Shown here in pieces: positions 27,590-38,800 of a DNA stretch of 64,000 nt. The stretch spans positions 64,001 through 128,000 of IMG/VR virus record IMGVR_UViG_2061766007_000586; one strand, 5' to 3'. The notes under the pieces were generated by a model. It was given only the letters and a program-made list of their open reading frames with translations, was not told the DNA's origin and did no database searches. Origin of the DNA: a virus (Duplodnaviria > Caudoviricetes). The translations under genes and the position numbers were made by a program. Numbering within the stretch: the first letter of the stretch is position 1; each line of letters begins with the position of its first letter.

Positions 27590-30500
27590 TTATAATTTTC
27601 TAGTAGATTTAAAGCTAACAAACGCCGTAGCAGCAGCGGTGACATTTATCACAGACTTTCCACCATTTGATAACGCTGCAGCGATTGCAGTACTTGCAGT
27701 TACACCAGCACTGATTTCAAACTGTGGTGTTGCATCAACAAGATCTGTACCATTCCAGCAATATAATGTTAAATCTTGCATATTAAATGCTAATGCAAAC
27801 GGAAGAGTAACTCCTCTATAACCAGCTGCTACTGTTCCATTTGGATTCTGTGATGTGTCGGTACAATACTGGAACTTCTTGTTTGTTGCGTCAAAGTACC
27901 AACATCCTGAAGATACAAGACTATTTGGCGGAGTTAAATCAGAGAAGATGCATTTAAGAACAAAGCAAGATCCAGCTATTCTTTCAGCACGATAGTCATA
28001 AACTATATTAGAATTATTTCCTTCATAGACTGAAGGATATTTCGTATAGTAAACACCCGTATCGTCTCTGTTAAATATTAACTGCTGCTTCCACCTATCA
28101 TGATATTCTGATGAACAGACGCTATCGGCTGTGAAATAATAAATTCCGTTACTAGCAGATGTATCTGTAAAATGGAAGAATACACGGTCTCCTGATCCAC
28201 CAAAACTGACACGTTTTGCATATGTTGTGTCAACAATTTTGTTGATATTGATCGGACCCTCATCCTGGAACCTACTCCAAACTGCATTCATGGTAGGCAC
28301 AACACATGTGTTACCACTTGTTGCAACAGAAGTTATACCACTATAAGTTTTAACAGCACCACTACCGTAGTTACCATTAGCAAGAACGTGACTATGGTTA
28401 GTACTCAGCTGTGCTGCTGTGTAAGAAGTATTACTAGTAGCATAACCAGTATGTGTATGAGTATATGGAGCATATGTATTAGCTGGGATTGTAGCTTGCT
28501 TACCTTCAAGTGAATTATTAAGTTCAACAATTGCATGCGCAAATCCCATAAATGTAGGAACAGCACATGCTGAGAAGAAGGATTGAACATTAATGTTCAC
28601 ACTAGCATTTGAAGCATATCCTTTACAATAATTGAAAAGGTTAGTAATCTCAGTAACGCCTGTAGCCGTAATAGGAGCAACCCAGCCAGGATAAGTTCCT
28701 GAACCACCACTATGTGTCCAAAGTGTAGATTCATACTTACTTCTCATAGCAGAGCATTCACTCAAGCCAGAGAAGAAATATCCATCAACAGCATAAGCTG
28801 CCTGATTACGTATATAACCGCTATGTGTATGACCAGTATCTGCTTTACTATCAAGTGCAGTCTGAAGACCTACAACCTTAGCAATTGCATGACTATGGTT
28901 GGTGCTAAGATTTGCAGCAGTATACGAAGTATTACTAGTTGCATAATTGTGAGTATGGTTAGACACAGCATACGTATCTGCATATACTTCGGATAAAGTA
29001 CCATGAGCAGAATCAAATCTGTACAGCTTACCATTTTCCATGCATGCCCATATTGCAGAATTCTTTGCACTTACTTTCTTACCCGTGTAATAGAAACCAT
29101 TCAGGGCTGAACTTCCAGTACAAGAAATAAAGACTGTCGCGTTATTTTGCGCAATAGCAGATACATTTGCTGATGTCGCACATACACTTGTTTTATAGAA
29201 CTGCTGTACAAACAAATCACCTTTAATATGATCAGCTCTAACATACTTTGCGCTCTCAGTATGTAATATGACATCTTCAATACCACAATTACCAATGTTA
29301 GCATTAGCAACACTTGACGATACTCCATCAAGCTTATTAGCTACATTAGTTAGTTGTAAAGATGTAGCATAATTACCAGATGTCTGCTTGCCATCAAGAG
29401 CAGTCTGAAGATTAGTTACATCAGAGATAGCATGTTGATGCGAAGTAGGAGCATAGTTGTGAGTATGTGTAGCAGCAGCATAGTTGTGCGTATGGTTTGT
29501 ACTAAGTTGTGCAGCCGTATAAGAAGTATTACTAGTAGCATAGTTGTGAGTATGACCAATATCTGCTTTGCCTGAAACTGCTGTACTAAGATCAGAAACA
29601 GTTGTTGCAAAAGTCATGAATGTAGGAACAGCACAACCACTCAGGAATGAACCGAAATTAGCAATACTGTATGAACCAGAACCACCAGAAATGGTATAAC
29701 CTCTACCAAGACTGAAAGTATTTAACACTTCGGTCATACCATCAGCGGTAATAGGAGCAAGCCATCCAGGATATAGACCAGTAGAGTTGGTATTACTATC
29801 AAACCAAGATGCATTTTCATATCTTGATCTCATAGCAGGACAATTAGATAATCCAGAGAAGTAGTATGCATTAACTGCAATACCAGCATTTCTGGATATA
29901 TAATTAGTGTGACTATGTGCAACAGCTGCTTTACCGTCAAGAGTAGTTTGTAAATTGCTAATTTGTGCAATTTTGTGACTATGTGTAGCAGCGGCATAGT
30001 TGTGCGTATGGTTATAAGCAGCATATGTATTAGCTGCGATAGTAGCTTGCTTACCATCAAGTGCAGTTTGAAGACCAGTTACATCAGAGATAGCATGTTG
30101 ATGTGATGTAGCAGCATAGTTGTGAGTATGTGTCTTAGCAGCATATGCAGTATCATGGTTGTGACCAGTAGCTGCTTTGCCTGCAAGTGCATTATAGACA
30201 GCAAAGTTATTAGGAACAGAATTATCTCCTGGTAACTTTGAAACAACTGTACTAGTCCAATAAACACCACCTTGTTCAGTCTCTGTAGCAGGTCTAACAT
30301 AATGGACATTTCTGAGTGCATAACAATCTGTCCAGGAAGTATTTCCACTGGTAATTGTTGAATATATGGTTGAATATATCAAACCCATAGGTTCTATCCA
30401 AAGCTGACCATTTTTAAAAGTAAGCCTGGAGCCAGTACCACGCTGATAAAAACCATCTAGCTTGTGGTTATTTGCAACTGTAGCAAATATGATACCTGCT

Positions 30501-31990
30501 TGATCACCTGTAGTTACTCCGGAACTCAATGCGGCAGAAGTTGCGTATCCAAATGTACCTCCAAAAGCTCTAACTACTGGAGCAAGACCTAAAGCTTTAG
30601 GTGTTATGTATTTCGTAGTATTTTCAGCAAGAGCAACATCAGCAGATGTTGCAGCAGTGTACGTAGAATTAACTGTACTTACATAATAAGTAGTAGTAGT
30701 ACCGTTGACAGAAGAACCAACTGTAACATTGTCATTACCTTTAGACACAACAGTCACATGATCTTGAGCAGCATAGTTGTGAGTATGACCAGTATCTGCT
30801 TTACCTGCAAGAGCATTGTACACTGCTCTCATGGTAGGAACAATGTTCTTCGTCTCTTTCAGAGATTGCGGCCCATTTGTCGCATTAGAAGTAGTAGAAG
30901 TAATACCATTACTTGTGATAATTACACCAACAGTAGTACCATCACCAGTACAATCAATACCAGATACAACTGGGGTTCCTGTTTTGACAGCATTTGACAT
31001 ACCAACACCGTTGGTAGCCGAAACAGCCGAAACTGCCCAAGTATTAGTATCAGTAGTACTTACATAGTAAGTAGTTGTACTACCATTAACTGCTGAACCA
31101 ACTGTAACATTATTATTACCTTTAGATACAACAGTAATATGATCTGATGCTGCATAATTGTGTGTATGATTAGTTGCAGCTTTGCCTGCAAGAGCTGTAT
31201 AAATAGCGTTCATTGTAGGAACTACAGAAGTATTACCACCTGCATTAGAAGTAATAACACTAGTTGTAATAACCACACCCTTGGTAGAACTATCACCTTT
31301 AGTATCTATGCCGCTAATAATGACATTACCAGTAGATGCATTTTGGGTTAAACCATTAGCGCCTTTAACAGAAGAAACAGCCCAAGTATTGGTATCAGTT
31401 GCATTAATTGTGATTTCACCACCTACTCCTGTAGTAGGACTCAGTGTAATGTTAGTACCAGCTACAATCTTGGAGACATATGTTCCATTATGATTGTGAC
31501 CAGTAGCTGCATAATTTCCCTTTGGCTGGAAATATGCAGTAGTAGCTGCTACAGTAGGAACAAACTCATTTGTATTCGTATTGGTATTGATTGCAGATGC
31601 CATAGCTTTAGGCAGAACAATCTCCACAAGGTTGGTACCATCCCAACGGAAGGACTTACCATTAGAAGTATACAGAGTGGTCGTATTAAGAGCAGAACCA
31701 CCGTCCCAAACGAAAGAAGTTCCATTATGCACAGTTGCATAAATCTTCTTAGACGTAACGTTAATGTAGTGATAATCAGCTTGCTGAGAAACTGTTGCAA
31801 CACCTGCATTAGACGTCACGGCTGCATAAGGAACAATATCATCCACAGCGTTTGGGATAAACTGAGGACGAATTTTTTCACCATCGAATAGTTTGACATT
31901 CCCTGCGGAATCTGTCATATCGATGGTACGGACTTTCGGGAAAAGATTATTACCCGCACCGTCCTTTATTTGAATTTTACCATTAGCCAT
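27590..31990 (-). CDS. Tail/head fibre protein with HxH and phage-tail repeats
   Basis: 1466 aa; many HTHNY motifs and HxHxIxxVTGLQTALDGK repeats; an internally duplicated globular domain. Confidence 0.8.
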   Translation of the reverse strand: MANGKIQIKDGAGNNLFPKVRTIDMTDSAGNVKLFDGEKIRPQFIPNAVDDIVPYAAVTSNAGVATVSQQADYHYINVTSKKIYATVHNGTSFVWDGGSALNTTTLYTSNGKSFRWDGTNLVEIVLPKAMASAINTNTNTNEFVPTVAATTAYFQPKGNYAATGHNHNGTYVSKIVAGTNITLSPTTGVGGEITINATDTNTWAVSSVKGANGLTQNASTGNVIISGIDTKGDSSTKGVVITTSVITSNAGGNTSVVPTMNAIYTALAGKAATNHTHNYAASDHITVVSKGNNNVTVGSAVNGSTTTYYVSTTDTNTWAVSAVSATNGVGMSNAVKTGTPVVSGIDCTGDGTTVGVIITSNGITSTTSNATNGPQSLKETKNIVPTMRAVYNALAGKADTGHTHNYAAQDHVTVVSKGNDNVTVGSSVNGTTTTYYVSTVNSTYTAATSADVALAENTTKYITPKALGLAPVVRAFGGTFGYATSAALSSGVTTGDQAGIIFATVANNHKLDGFYQRGTGSRLTFKNGQLWIEPMGLIYSTIYSTITSGNTSWTDCYALRNVHYVRPATETEQGGVYWTSTVVSKLPGDNSVPNNFAVYNALAGKAATGHNHDTAYAAKTHTHNYAATSHQHAISDVTGLQTALDGKQATIAANTYAAYNHTHNYAAATHSHKIAQISNLQTTLDGKAAVAHSHTNYISRNAGIAVNAYYFSGLSNCPAMRSRYENASWFDSNTNSTGLYPGWLAPITADGMTEVLNTFSLGRGYTISGGSGSYSIANFGSFLSGCAVPTFMTFATTVSDLSTAVSGKADIGHTHNYATSNTSYTAAQLSTNHTHNYAAATHTHNYAPTSHQHAISDVTNLQTALDGKQTSGNYATSLQLTNVANKLDGVSSSVANANIGNCGIEDVILHTESAKYVRADHIKGDLFVQQFYKTSVCATSANVSAIAQNNATVFISCTGSSALNGFYYTGKKVSAKNSAIWACMENGKLYRFDSAHGTLSEVYADTYAVSNHTHNYATSNTSYTAANLSTNHSHAIAKVVGLQTALDSKADTGHTHSGYIRNQAAYAVDGYFFSGLSECSAMRSKYESTLWTHSGGSGTYPGWVAPITATGVTEITNLFNYCKGYASNASVNINVQSFFSACAVPTFMGFAHAIVELNNSLEGKQATIPANTYAPYTHTHTGYATSNTSYTAAQLSTNHSHVLANGNYGSGAVKTYSGITSVATSGNTCVVPTMNAVWSRFQDEGPININKIVDTTYAKRVSFGGSGDRVFFHFTDTSASNGIYYFTADSVCSSEYHDRWKQQLIFNRDDTGVYYTKYPSVYEGNNSNIVYDYRAERIAGSCFVLKCIFSDLTPPNSLVSSGCWYFDATNKKFQYCTDTSQNPNGTVAAGYRGVTLPFALAFNMQDLTLYCWNGTDLVDATPQFEISAGVTASTAIAAALSNGGKSVINVTAAATAFVSFKSTRKL

Positions 31991-32020
31991 AAGTTATATC
32001 CTTATTTAAATATTAAAAAG

Positions 32021-32048
32021 TCAGGCTATCCTACATAGGATAGCCTGA
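32021..32048 (-). terminator. Terminator
   Basis: TCAGGCTATCCTA-ca-TAGGATAGCCTGA followed by a U-tract. Confidence 0.8.
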
Positions 32049-32082
32049 TTATCAATTTGAATATATAACTCAGACTGAGTTA

Positions 32083-34308
32083 TTAATCAATAGCAGTATA
32101 GAACAGGCAAGAAACCCAAACTGCATTTACGGTAGGAGTGACAAAAGTATCACCGGATGTAGCTACAGATGTGATTGTCTTTGTTGTAGCAACAACACCC
32201 TTCGTGGTACCGTTACCTGTAGTATCAACGCCACTTACTTTTACAACACCCGTTGTTGGGTTAGCACTAAGACCATTATAACCCGTTACACTGGATACTA
32301 AGTTAGTATTTGTAACTGTGTTACTGACTTGATAAATTACTGTCGTACCGTTGACTGTAGAAGTAACTTTGATACCAGCATTACCAGAAACAACAGAAGT
32401 AATATGATCGTTGTCAGCTTTAGCATTCAGTGTGGAACTCATGTTCCAAACTGCCTGCATTGTCGGAACAACAAAAGAAGTACCACCAGTAACACCAGAT
32501 GTAATAGCATTAAGAGTTGCGACAACACCAACGCCGGTACTAGTACCAGTAGCATTAACACCACTGATAATAACCTTACCTGTAGTAGCATTCTGAATAA
32601 GACCATTTGTACCAGATACACTGGACACTAAGTTAGTATTTTTCTGTCCAGAAACAGCGTAAGTAATAACATTACCAGCAACTGAAGATGTAACTGTAAC
32701 ATATGCACCTGCTGCAACCACTGTAGACTGTTGAGCCGAGATAACATTTTCAGCAAAATCAGTTATATCTGTAACCGCGTGACTATGAGCGATAGCAGCA
32801 TATATAGTATCATGATTGTGATTTGCAGCAGCTTTGCCATCAAGTGCAGTCTGAAGACCACTGATATTAGCGATAGTGTGACTATGATTTGTATTGGCTT
32901 TGCCACCAATAGCTGCGTTAAGAGCGGAGCTAACAGTTGAAAGCTGTGCAGACGTTGCATAATTACCAGATGTCTGTTTACCATCAATAGCCGCTTGTAA
33001 TGTAGAACTTGCAGTACTTAACTGTGCCGATGTTGCGTAATTGCCTGCTGCTTGTTTCGTACCAATAGCAGCATTAAGCGTAGAACTCATGTTCCAGACA
33101 GCACGCATCGTAGGAACGATGTATGATGTTTCAGCAGCATTAACAGTACCAGTAGCAGCATTAGTTGAAGTCGTAGAAACAATAGCATTACTCGTTACAA
33201 TTACACCAACCGTGGTACCATCACCTTTAGCATTGACACCAGAAATAATGATATTACCAGTTGAACCGTTTTGTGTAAGTCCATTTGCACCCTTGACACT
33301 AGACACAAGATTAGTATTAGTGTCGGTTGCAGAAATTGTAACTTCACCAACGCCAGTGTTAGGATTAAGTGTAATATTCTTACCAGCTACAATCTTGGTT
33401 ACACCAAAATCATGTGTATGACCAGTAGCTGCCTTACCATCAAGTGCTGTTTGAAGACCAGTTACGTCAGAAATAGCATGGTTGTGAGATATTGCTGCAT
33501 ATACAGTATCGTGATTATGATTTGCAGCAGCCTTTGTACCGATAGCTGCGTTAAGTGTAGAACTTGCAGCGGAAAGCTGTGCAGATGTAGCATATGTTCC
33601 AGCAGCTTGCTTACCAGCGAGTGCTGTGTAAATTGCATTCATTGTCGGTACTACATTACTATTACCACCAGCATTGGATGTGATCACACTAGTCGTGATA
33701 ACAACACCCTTCGTAGAACTGTCGCCCTTAGCATCAATACCAGAAATAATTACAGTTCCTTGTGAACCATTCTGAGTAAGGCCATTTGCACCCTTAACAG
33801 AGGATACAAGATTGGTGTTGCCAGCAGTAACTGCAGAATCAATAGCAGTACGAACAGCAGCTTCAGTAGGAACTAATGTATTTACAGCTGTACCCGCAGC
33901 ACGAACTGTAGTCGTTGAAGCAATAGCCTGATCGATAACAGCCATAGCTGTTCCTGTCCAGCGATAAAGTTTACCACCGGATGTATAGAGAGCAGCACCA
34001 GTAAGATTCTGTGCAGGAGCCCAAACATACGACGTACCATTATACATGGTACCATAGATCGTCTTACTTGTCGTATTAATGTAGTGAGCAGCAGAATCTT
34101 GTTCAGGAGTCGGGACTGTAGTACCCGTCACCGTAGAAGTAAACGGAAGAATTTCATCCACAGAACCAGGGATAAACTGCGGACGAATCACATCGTTTTC
34201 ATCAAAAATGGAGATATTAACATCACCATTCATGATATCAGTTGTTCTTACGCGTGGGTATAACGCATTCGCTGCGCCATCCCTAATTTGGATTTTTCCA
34301 TTAGCCAT
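32083..34308 (-). CDS. Fibre protein, paralogue of 27590..31990
   Basis: 741 aa; same N-terminus (MANGKIQI.DGA.N.L.P.VRT) and same repeat modules. Confidence 0.8.
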   Translation of the reverse strand: MANGKIQIRDGAANALYPRVRTTDIMNGDVNISIFDENDVIRPQFIPGSVDEILPFTSTVTGTTVPTPEQDSAAHYINTTSKTIYGTMYNGTSYVWAPAQNLTGAALYTSGGKLYRWTGTAMAVIDQAIASTTTVRAAGTAVNTLVPTEAAVRTAIDSAVTAGNTNLVSSVKGANGLTQNGSQGTVIISGIDAKGDSSTKGVVITTSVITSNAGGNSNVVPTMNAIYTALAGKQAAGTYATSAQLSAASSTLNAAIGTKAAANHNHDTVYAAISHNHAISDVTGLQTALDGKAATGHTHDFGVTKIVAGKNITLNPNTGVGEVTISATDTNTNLVSSVKGANGLTQNGSTGNIIISGVNAKGDGTTVGVIVTSNAIVSTTSTNAATGTVNAAETSYIVPTMRAVWNMSSTLNAAIGTKQAAGNYATSAQLSTASSTLQAAIDGKQTSGNYATSAQLSTVSSALNAAIGGKANTNHSHTIANISGLQTALDGKAAANHNHDTIYAAIAHSHAVTDITDFAENVISAQQSTVVAAGAYVTVTSSVAGNVITYAVSGQKNTNLVSSVSGTNGLIQNATTGKVIISGVNATGTSTGVGVVATLNAITSGVTGGTSFVVPTMQAVWNMSSTLNAKADNDHITSVVSGNAGIKVTSTVNGTTVIYQVSNTVTNTNLVSSVTGYNGLSANPTTGVVKVSGVDTTGNGTTKGVVATTKTITSVATSGDTFVTPTVNAVWVSCLFYTAID

Positions 34309-34341
34309 AAAAAATCTACCTTATTTTGTTAAATTAAGTTA

Positions 34342-34368
34342 CCCACGAGATTCCAAGAATCTCGTGGG
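34342..34368 (-). terminator. Intergenic hairpin (terminator or processing site)
   Basis: CCCACGAGATT/AATCTCGTGGG; weak U-tract. Confidence 0.55.
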
Positions 34369-34381
34369 CATAAATTAAGAA

Positions 34382-35692
34382 TTAGTCAATGTAGCTAAAT
34401 GCTAAGTAACTGGTGATCAGAGAAGTATGTTCAGCAGTAATCTTAGTATCAAGAGCACCGGAAGCTGTACCGATTGCAGTATTCAGAGCTGAGGAGTTAG
34501 CAGTAACTGTACCGGTAAGTGTAGTAACACTGCCATTCAGAGCACTAGAAACCTTGGTGATTGATGTCTGAAGTTCAGTCTTGAGAGCAGTCGTATTACC
34601 AGCAGCAGTAATAGAAGCTGCAAGAGTAGAAGACAGATTTGCAACCGCTTGCATGGTCGGGACAACATAAGTTGAACCATTAGCCAGACCAGAAGAAATA
34701 CTGTTGACAGCAGCAACCGTACCAATAGTACCAGCAGTACCATCAGCAACAATACCAGAAGCGATCAGGCCACTAGCAGTACTCTTGAGAGCAACACCAT
34801 TAGCAGGTGTCGTACCATATTTCAGAGAAACGGTAACAAGACCAGCATCGGTACCTGCACTGATAACACCATCACCATTAACTGCATTAACAATGTTGGC
34901 AGGAATCTTAGCATCTACTGCAGAAATAGCAGCAGCAACTGCACCAGCGGTAGGAACGGTGTAAGCAGCCTTAGCAGTAGCAACACTTGCACTCACAGAA
35001 GCAACAGTTTCAACACCACCGAGTTTACCTGTACTAGCAGTATCAAGACCGATTGTTACAATACCAGCACCACCACCGGTAATACCAGCTTGAGCTGTGA
35101 TCGTCTGAACACCAGCAGAAGCACCCATTGCAGAATTGAATGCAGATTTGGCTTCAAGAACTGCTGCAGCAGATGCTGCATTAACAGCAGCTGCGACTGC
35201 AGCTTCAGTAGGAACAGCATTGTCATCTGCACCTGTTGTACGAACAGATGTGGTAGATACAATATCTGTACCAATCTGATTCAGAGAAGCACCATTGTAC
35301 TTATAGGCTTTAGGAGTGCCGTTTTCTTCGATAAGATAGAGCTTATCCTTAGAGAAATCAGCATACTCAACCCATGAACCACCAGAGCAGAAGAAGATCT
35401 TCTTTGTATTGGTGTTAGCAAAGTACTTGCCTTCCTGAATTCCAGGAAGAGAAGTGCCTTTACCACTGAGTTCGATAATATCCTTCACTTCGATCTGAGC
35501 TAAGTAGCCAGGAAGGAACTCAGGTTTAACTGTCTGAGTTGCACTATCGAAAACCTGCGTAACATTGGATGCATACGCGGTTGCAGCATCAGTACCAGCC
35601 TTGGATGCAACAAGGTCAATCGTTCTTACGCGCGGGAAAAGAAGATCGCTGTTTGCATTCTTAATTTGAATTTTTCTTTGAGAAGTTGCCAT
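34382..35692 (-). CDS. Fibre protein, third paralogue
   Basis: 436 aa; KIQIKNANSDLLFPRVRT N-terminus, VPTEAAV and VPTMQAV motifs, C-terminus FSYID (compare FYTAID). Confidence 0.75.
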   Translation of the reverse strand: MATSQRKIQIKNANSDLLFPRVRTIDLVASKAGTDAATAYASNVTQVFDSATQTVKPEFLPGYLAQIEVKDIIELSGKGTSLPGIQEGKYFANTNTKKIFFCSGGSWVEYADFSKDKLYLIEENGTPKAYKYNGASLNQIGTDIVSTTSVRTTGADDNAVPTEAAVAAAVNAASAAAVLEAKSAFNSAMGASAGVQTITAQAGITGGGAGIVTIGLDTASTGKLGGVETVASVSASVATAKAAYTVPTAGAVAAAISAVDAKIPANIVNAVNGDGVISAGTDAGLVTVSLKYGTTPANGVALKSTASGLIASGIVADGTAGTIGTVAAVNSISSGLANGSTYVVPTMQAVANLSSTLAASITAAGNTTALKTELQTSITKVSSALNGSVTTLTGTVTANSSALNTAIGTASGALDTKITAEHTSLITSYLAFSYID

Positions 35693-35753
35693 AATAAACC
35701 ATCCTTTGTTATGATAATTAGGTTAAACTTGTACTAGCAACAATAATTATTAG

Positions 35754-35763
35754 GTATAAAATG
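35754..35763 (-). promoter_or_regulatory. Late-type motif CATTTTATAC
   Basis: Lies between a terminator and the fibre gene start at 35692. Confidence 0.55.
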
Positions 35764-35794
35764 AACTGCACGCCCTGTTAGAGGCGTGCAGTTC
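35763..35794 (-). terminator. Terminator
   Basis: GAACTGCACGCC/GGCGTGCAGTTC. Confidence 0.75.
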
Positions 35795-35811
35795 CCAACT
35801 TACATTTCGTA

Positions 35812-38800
35812 TTAGGGAGTGACACGTCCGTTAATATCGATATCACCATAATGATACTGTGTAACGACAACCGAATTCGTCTCGGAATCTTCATGTACTA
35901 CGCCAAGAACTTTGTAATATCCTTGAGCTGAAGTTGCCTGAGCAGGAAGAACATTGTGTAAGCAATATCCGCTTGAGAAAGCAGACGATTCGTAATAAAG
36001 ATAGAAACAAATACTTCTGTCGTTTTCTGTAATAGTACCAGAAACATCAGAACCAGCAATAGTCATCATAGACGTACCTAATTGGACACGTCCCCCAATA
36101 CAAGATAGTGTAGAAGAATCTACATCATAGAACACTTTGAATGGTCCATTATAAGTTAATTCTACACTATAAGATGTCATATTCGACTCCATTGTCGAAA
36201 TGACAATATCACTGACTTGAGATTCAGTGATGCCACCTCCACCAATAGATGCACTACTAATCTGTGCACTTACATAGGAAGTGAGAGATGTTGTAATATC
36301 AGTCGATTGAGTATCAAGTTCTGAAGTCACATAAGCTTCATATTCACTTGTGATCGTTGCAGAAAGTGTACTATTCTCAGATGTTACAATATCACTAATT
36401 TGTGTTAACGTTACAATACCAGCTGTATCACTTGTTGCTGCAGGAACTGTTACATTACCAGCACTCGTCGCATAAGCCACAGATGTAGTAGTATAATCAA
36501 TAGCAGCAATAGCTGACATATATTCAGATGTAATAGTAGTTGAAACACTAGCTACTACTGATGTTGCTTGATCAGATGCTATCGAAGTAACAGAGTCAAG
36601 AGTTACACCACCAAGTGTGTCAGATGTAGCAGCTGGAAGTGTGTAATTCGACAGTCCATCCACTGCACTTGCAATCTTGGAAGTATAATCATCAACCAAC
36701 GCTGAAGACAGTGTATTATCTGCATCAGTATAAGCACTAGTAATTTCAATTGATAACGATGTATCGAGAACACCAGTACTTGTAACAGCATCGGCAGCAT
36801 AACTACTAGCAATATTGCTAATCGTAGTTAATGTTACACCACCAAGACTGTCTGCTGTAGCAGAAGGTAACACATAAGTTTCAGGAACTTCAAATGCATC
36901 CAAAGCACTAGAAATAGCACTCGTATAAGCTTCAGTAATTGTAGCAGTAGCTGTACTAACTTGAGCAGAAGCTTGTGCAGAAGCAATCGTACTTACAGTC
37001 GTTAATGTAATACCACCTAAACTATCAGCTGTAGCTGTCGGAAGTGTATACGCTGCATCAGCAATTGCAGAAGTGTATGCTTCTGTAATCGTTGCTGATA
37101 AAGTATTATCAGCAGATATAGCAATTTCACTTACTCTAACTTCAGTGACTCCAGGATCTGGCAGGTTATTAATAACAGAAGTAATCTTAGATGTATAATC
37201 TTCAACTATCGCAGCAGACAATACTGTATCAGCAGAAGCATAGCTTGTTGTCAGAAGTACAGACAAGGCATTATCTAACGATGTAGCACTTGTTACTGCC
37301 ACTGTTATTGTTGAAGTATCACCTGCTGTGATTGCTTCATTCAAATTAGACGATAATGCAACAATTGATGTATTCATCAATCCAGATAAAGCTGTATCTG
37401 CAGATACATAAGCCTCAGCAACTGTAGCAGCCGAAGCAGATGCATAAGCATTTGCAATTGTACTAATCTGAGTTAATGTTACTCCACCTAAGCTATCCGA
37501 TGTTGCAGCAACAAGTGTGTAATCATGGGAAGTTGCCATCTCATCTGCAATTGTAGAAATTGTAGTAAGAGTGACTCCACCAAGAGTATCACTTGTAGCG
37601 GCAGGTAAGGTATAAGACGCATCACTAATAGCTGATGTATAAGCTTCAGTGATTGTTGCACTTAAAGTAGTATCTGCACTCGTAGCGATAGAACTTGCGA
37701 TCGAACTTATGGTCGTAAGTGAAACACCGCCGAGAGAATCAGAAGTAGCAGCAGGTAAAGTATAGACAGGTATTGCATTAATTTCAGAAGTAACATAATT
37801 CACCATCGATGTATGTTCTGCACTAATTGCATCTGTATATTCAGACGTAATTGAGACAGACATAGCATTTGCTTTACTTGTAGCAATCGTACTGATGGTT
37901 TCTAATGTAACACCACCCAGCGTACTTGTGGTAGCTTCAGGTAATGTATAATTAGATAATCCACTAACAGCATCTGCAATCTTAGAAGTATAATCTTCCA
38001 CTAATGTACTGGACAGTGCGGCGTCGAGAGACGTTGCACTTGCTACAGCAACGGTGATAGCAGATGTCTTCTGTGTAGCGATTTCAACAGTAAGATCAGA
38101 AGTAAGAGTTGTATCAAGACCATCAGCAATACTACTTGCAATTGTACTAACAGTTGTGAGTGTAATACCGCCTAAACTGTCTACAGTTGCAGTAGGTAAT
38201 GTATAAGGTTCAATACTATTAATTGCTTCATCAATGGCTGAAGTATATTCATTCGTAATCGTTGTAGACATTGCATTAACAAGAGATGTAGCGCGATCAG
38301 TTGCGATACTACTTACAGTTGTCAATGTGATTCCACCTAACGAATCATTTGTAGCAGCAGGAAGTGTATAAGTAGGAATATTGTTAATTGCACTTGTGTA
38401 AGCAAGTGTGATATTACTAGAAAGTACAGCATCCGCTGATGTAAACTTATTCGTAAGTGAAGTGTCTAATTCAGTATCTGCATCCACATAGGCGCTTGTA
38501 ACAGATTCCTCAACTGCTCCAGCATAACCAGATGCAATCGTACTAACTGTAGTAAGAGTTATACCACCAATTGTATCAGCAGTAGCTGAAGGAAGTGTAT
38601 AACTCGGAATTGCTGCAATAGCACTCGTGTATTCTTCTGTAATAGTTGCAGATAATGTATCATCCGCATCTTCATACGCACTAGTGAGCACTTCAGATAA
38701 AGTATCGTCAAGAACTCCAGCACTCGTTACTGCATCAATTACTGCAGATGTTTTAGCAGTTTCAATAGCAGTATTCAGAGTAGAAGAGGCATTTGTAATA

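Noticed and set aside
27590-35692. Diversity-generating retroelement acting on fibre genes
   Set aside because: Repeats are in-frame coding modules with mainly synonymous, not adenine-specific, differences; no reverse transcriptase in the window.
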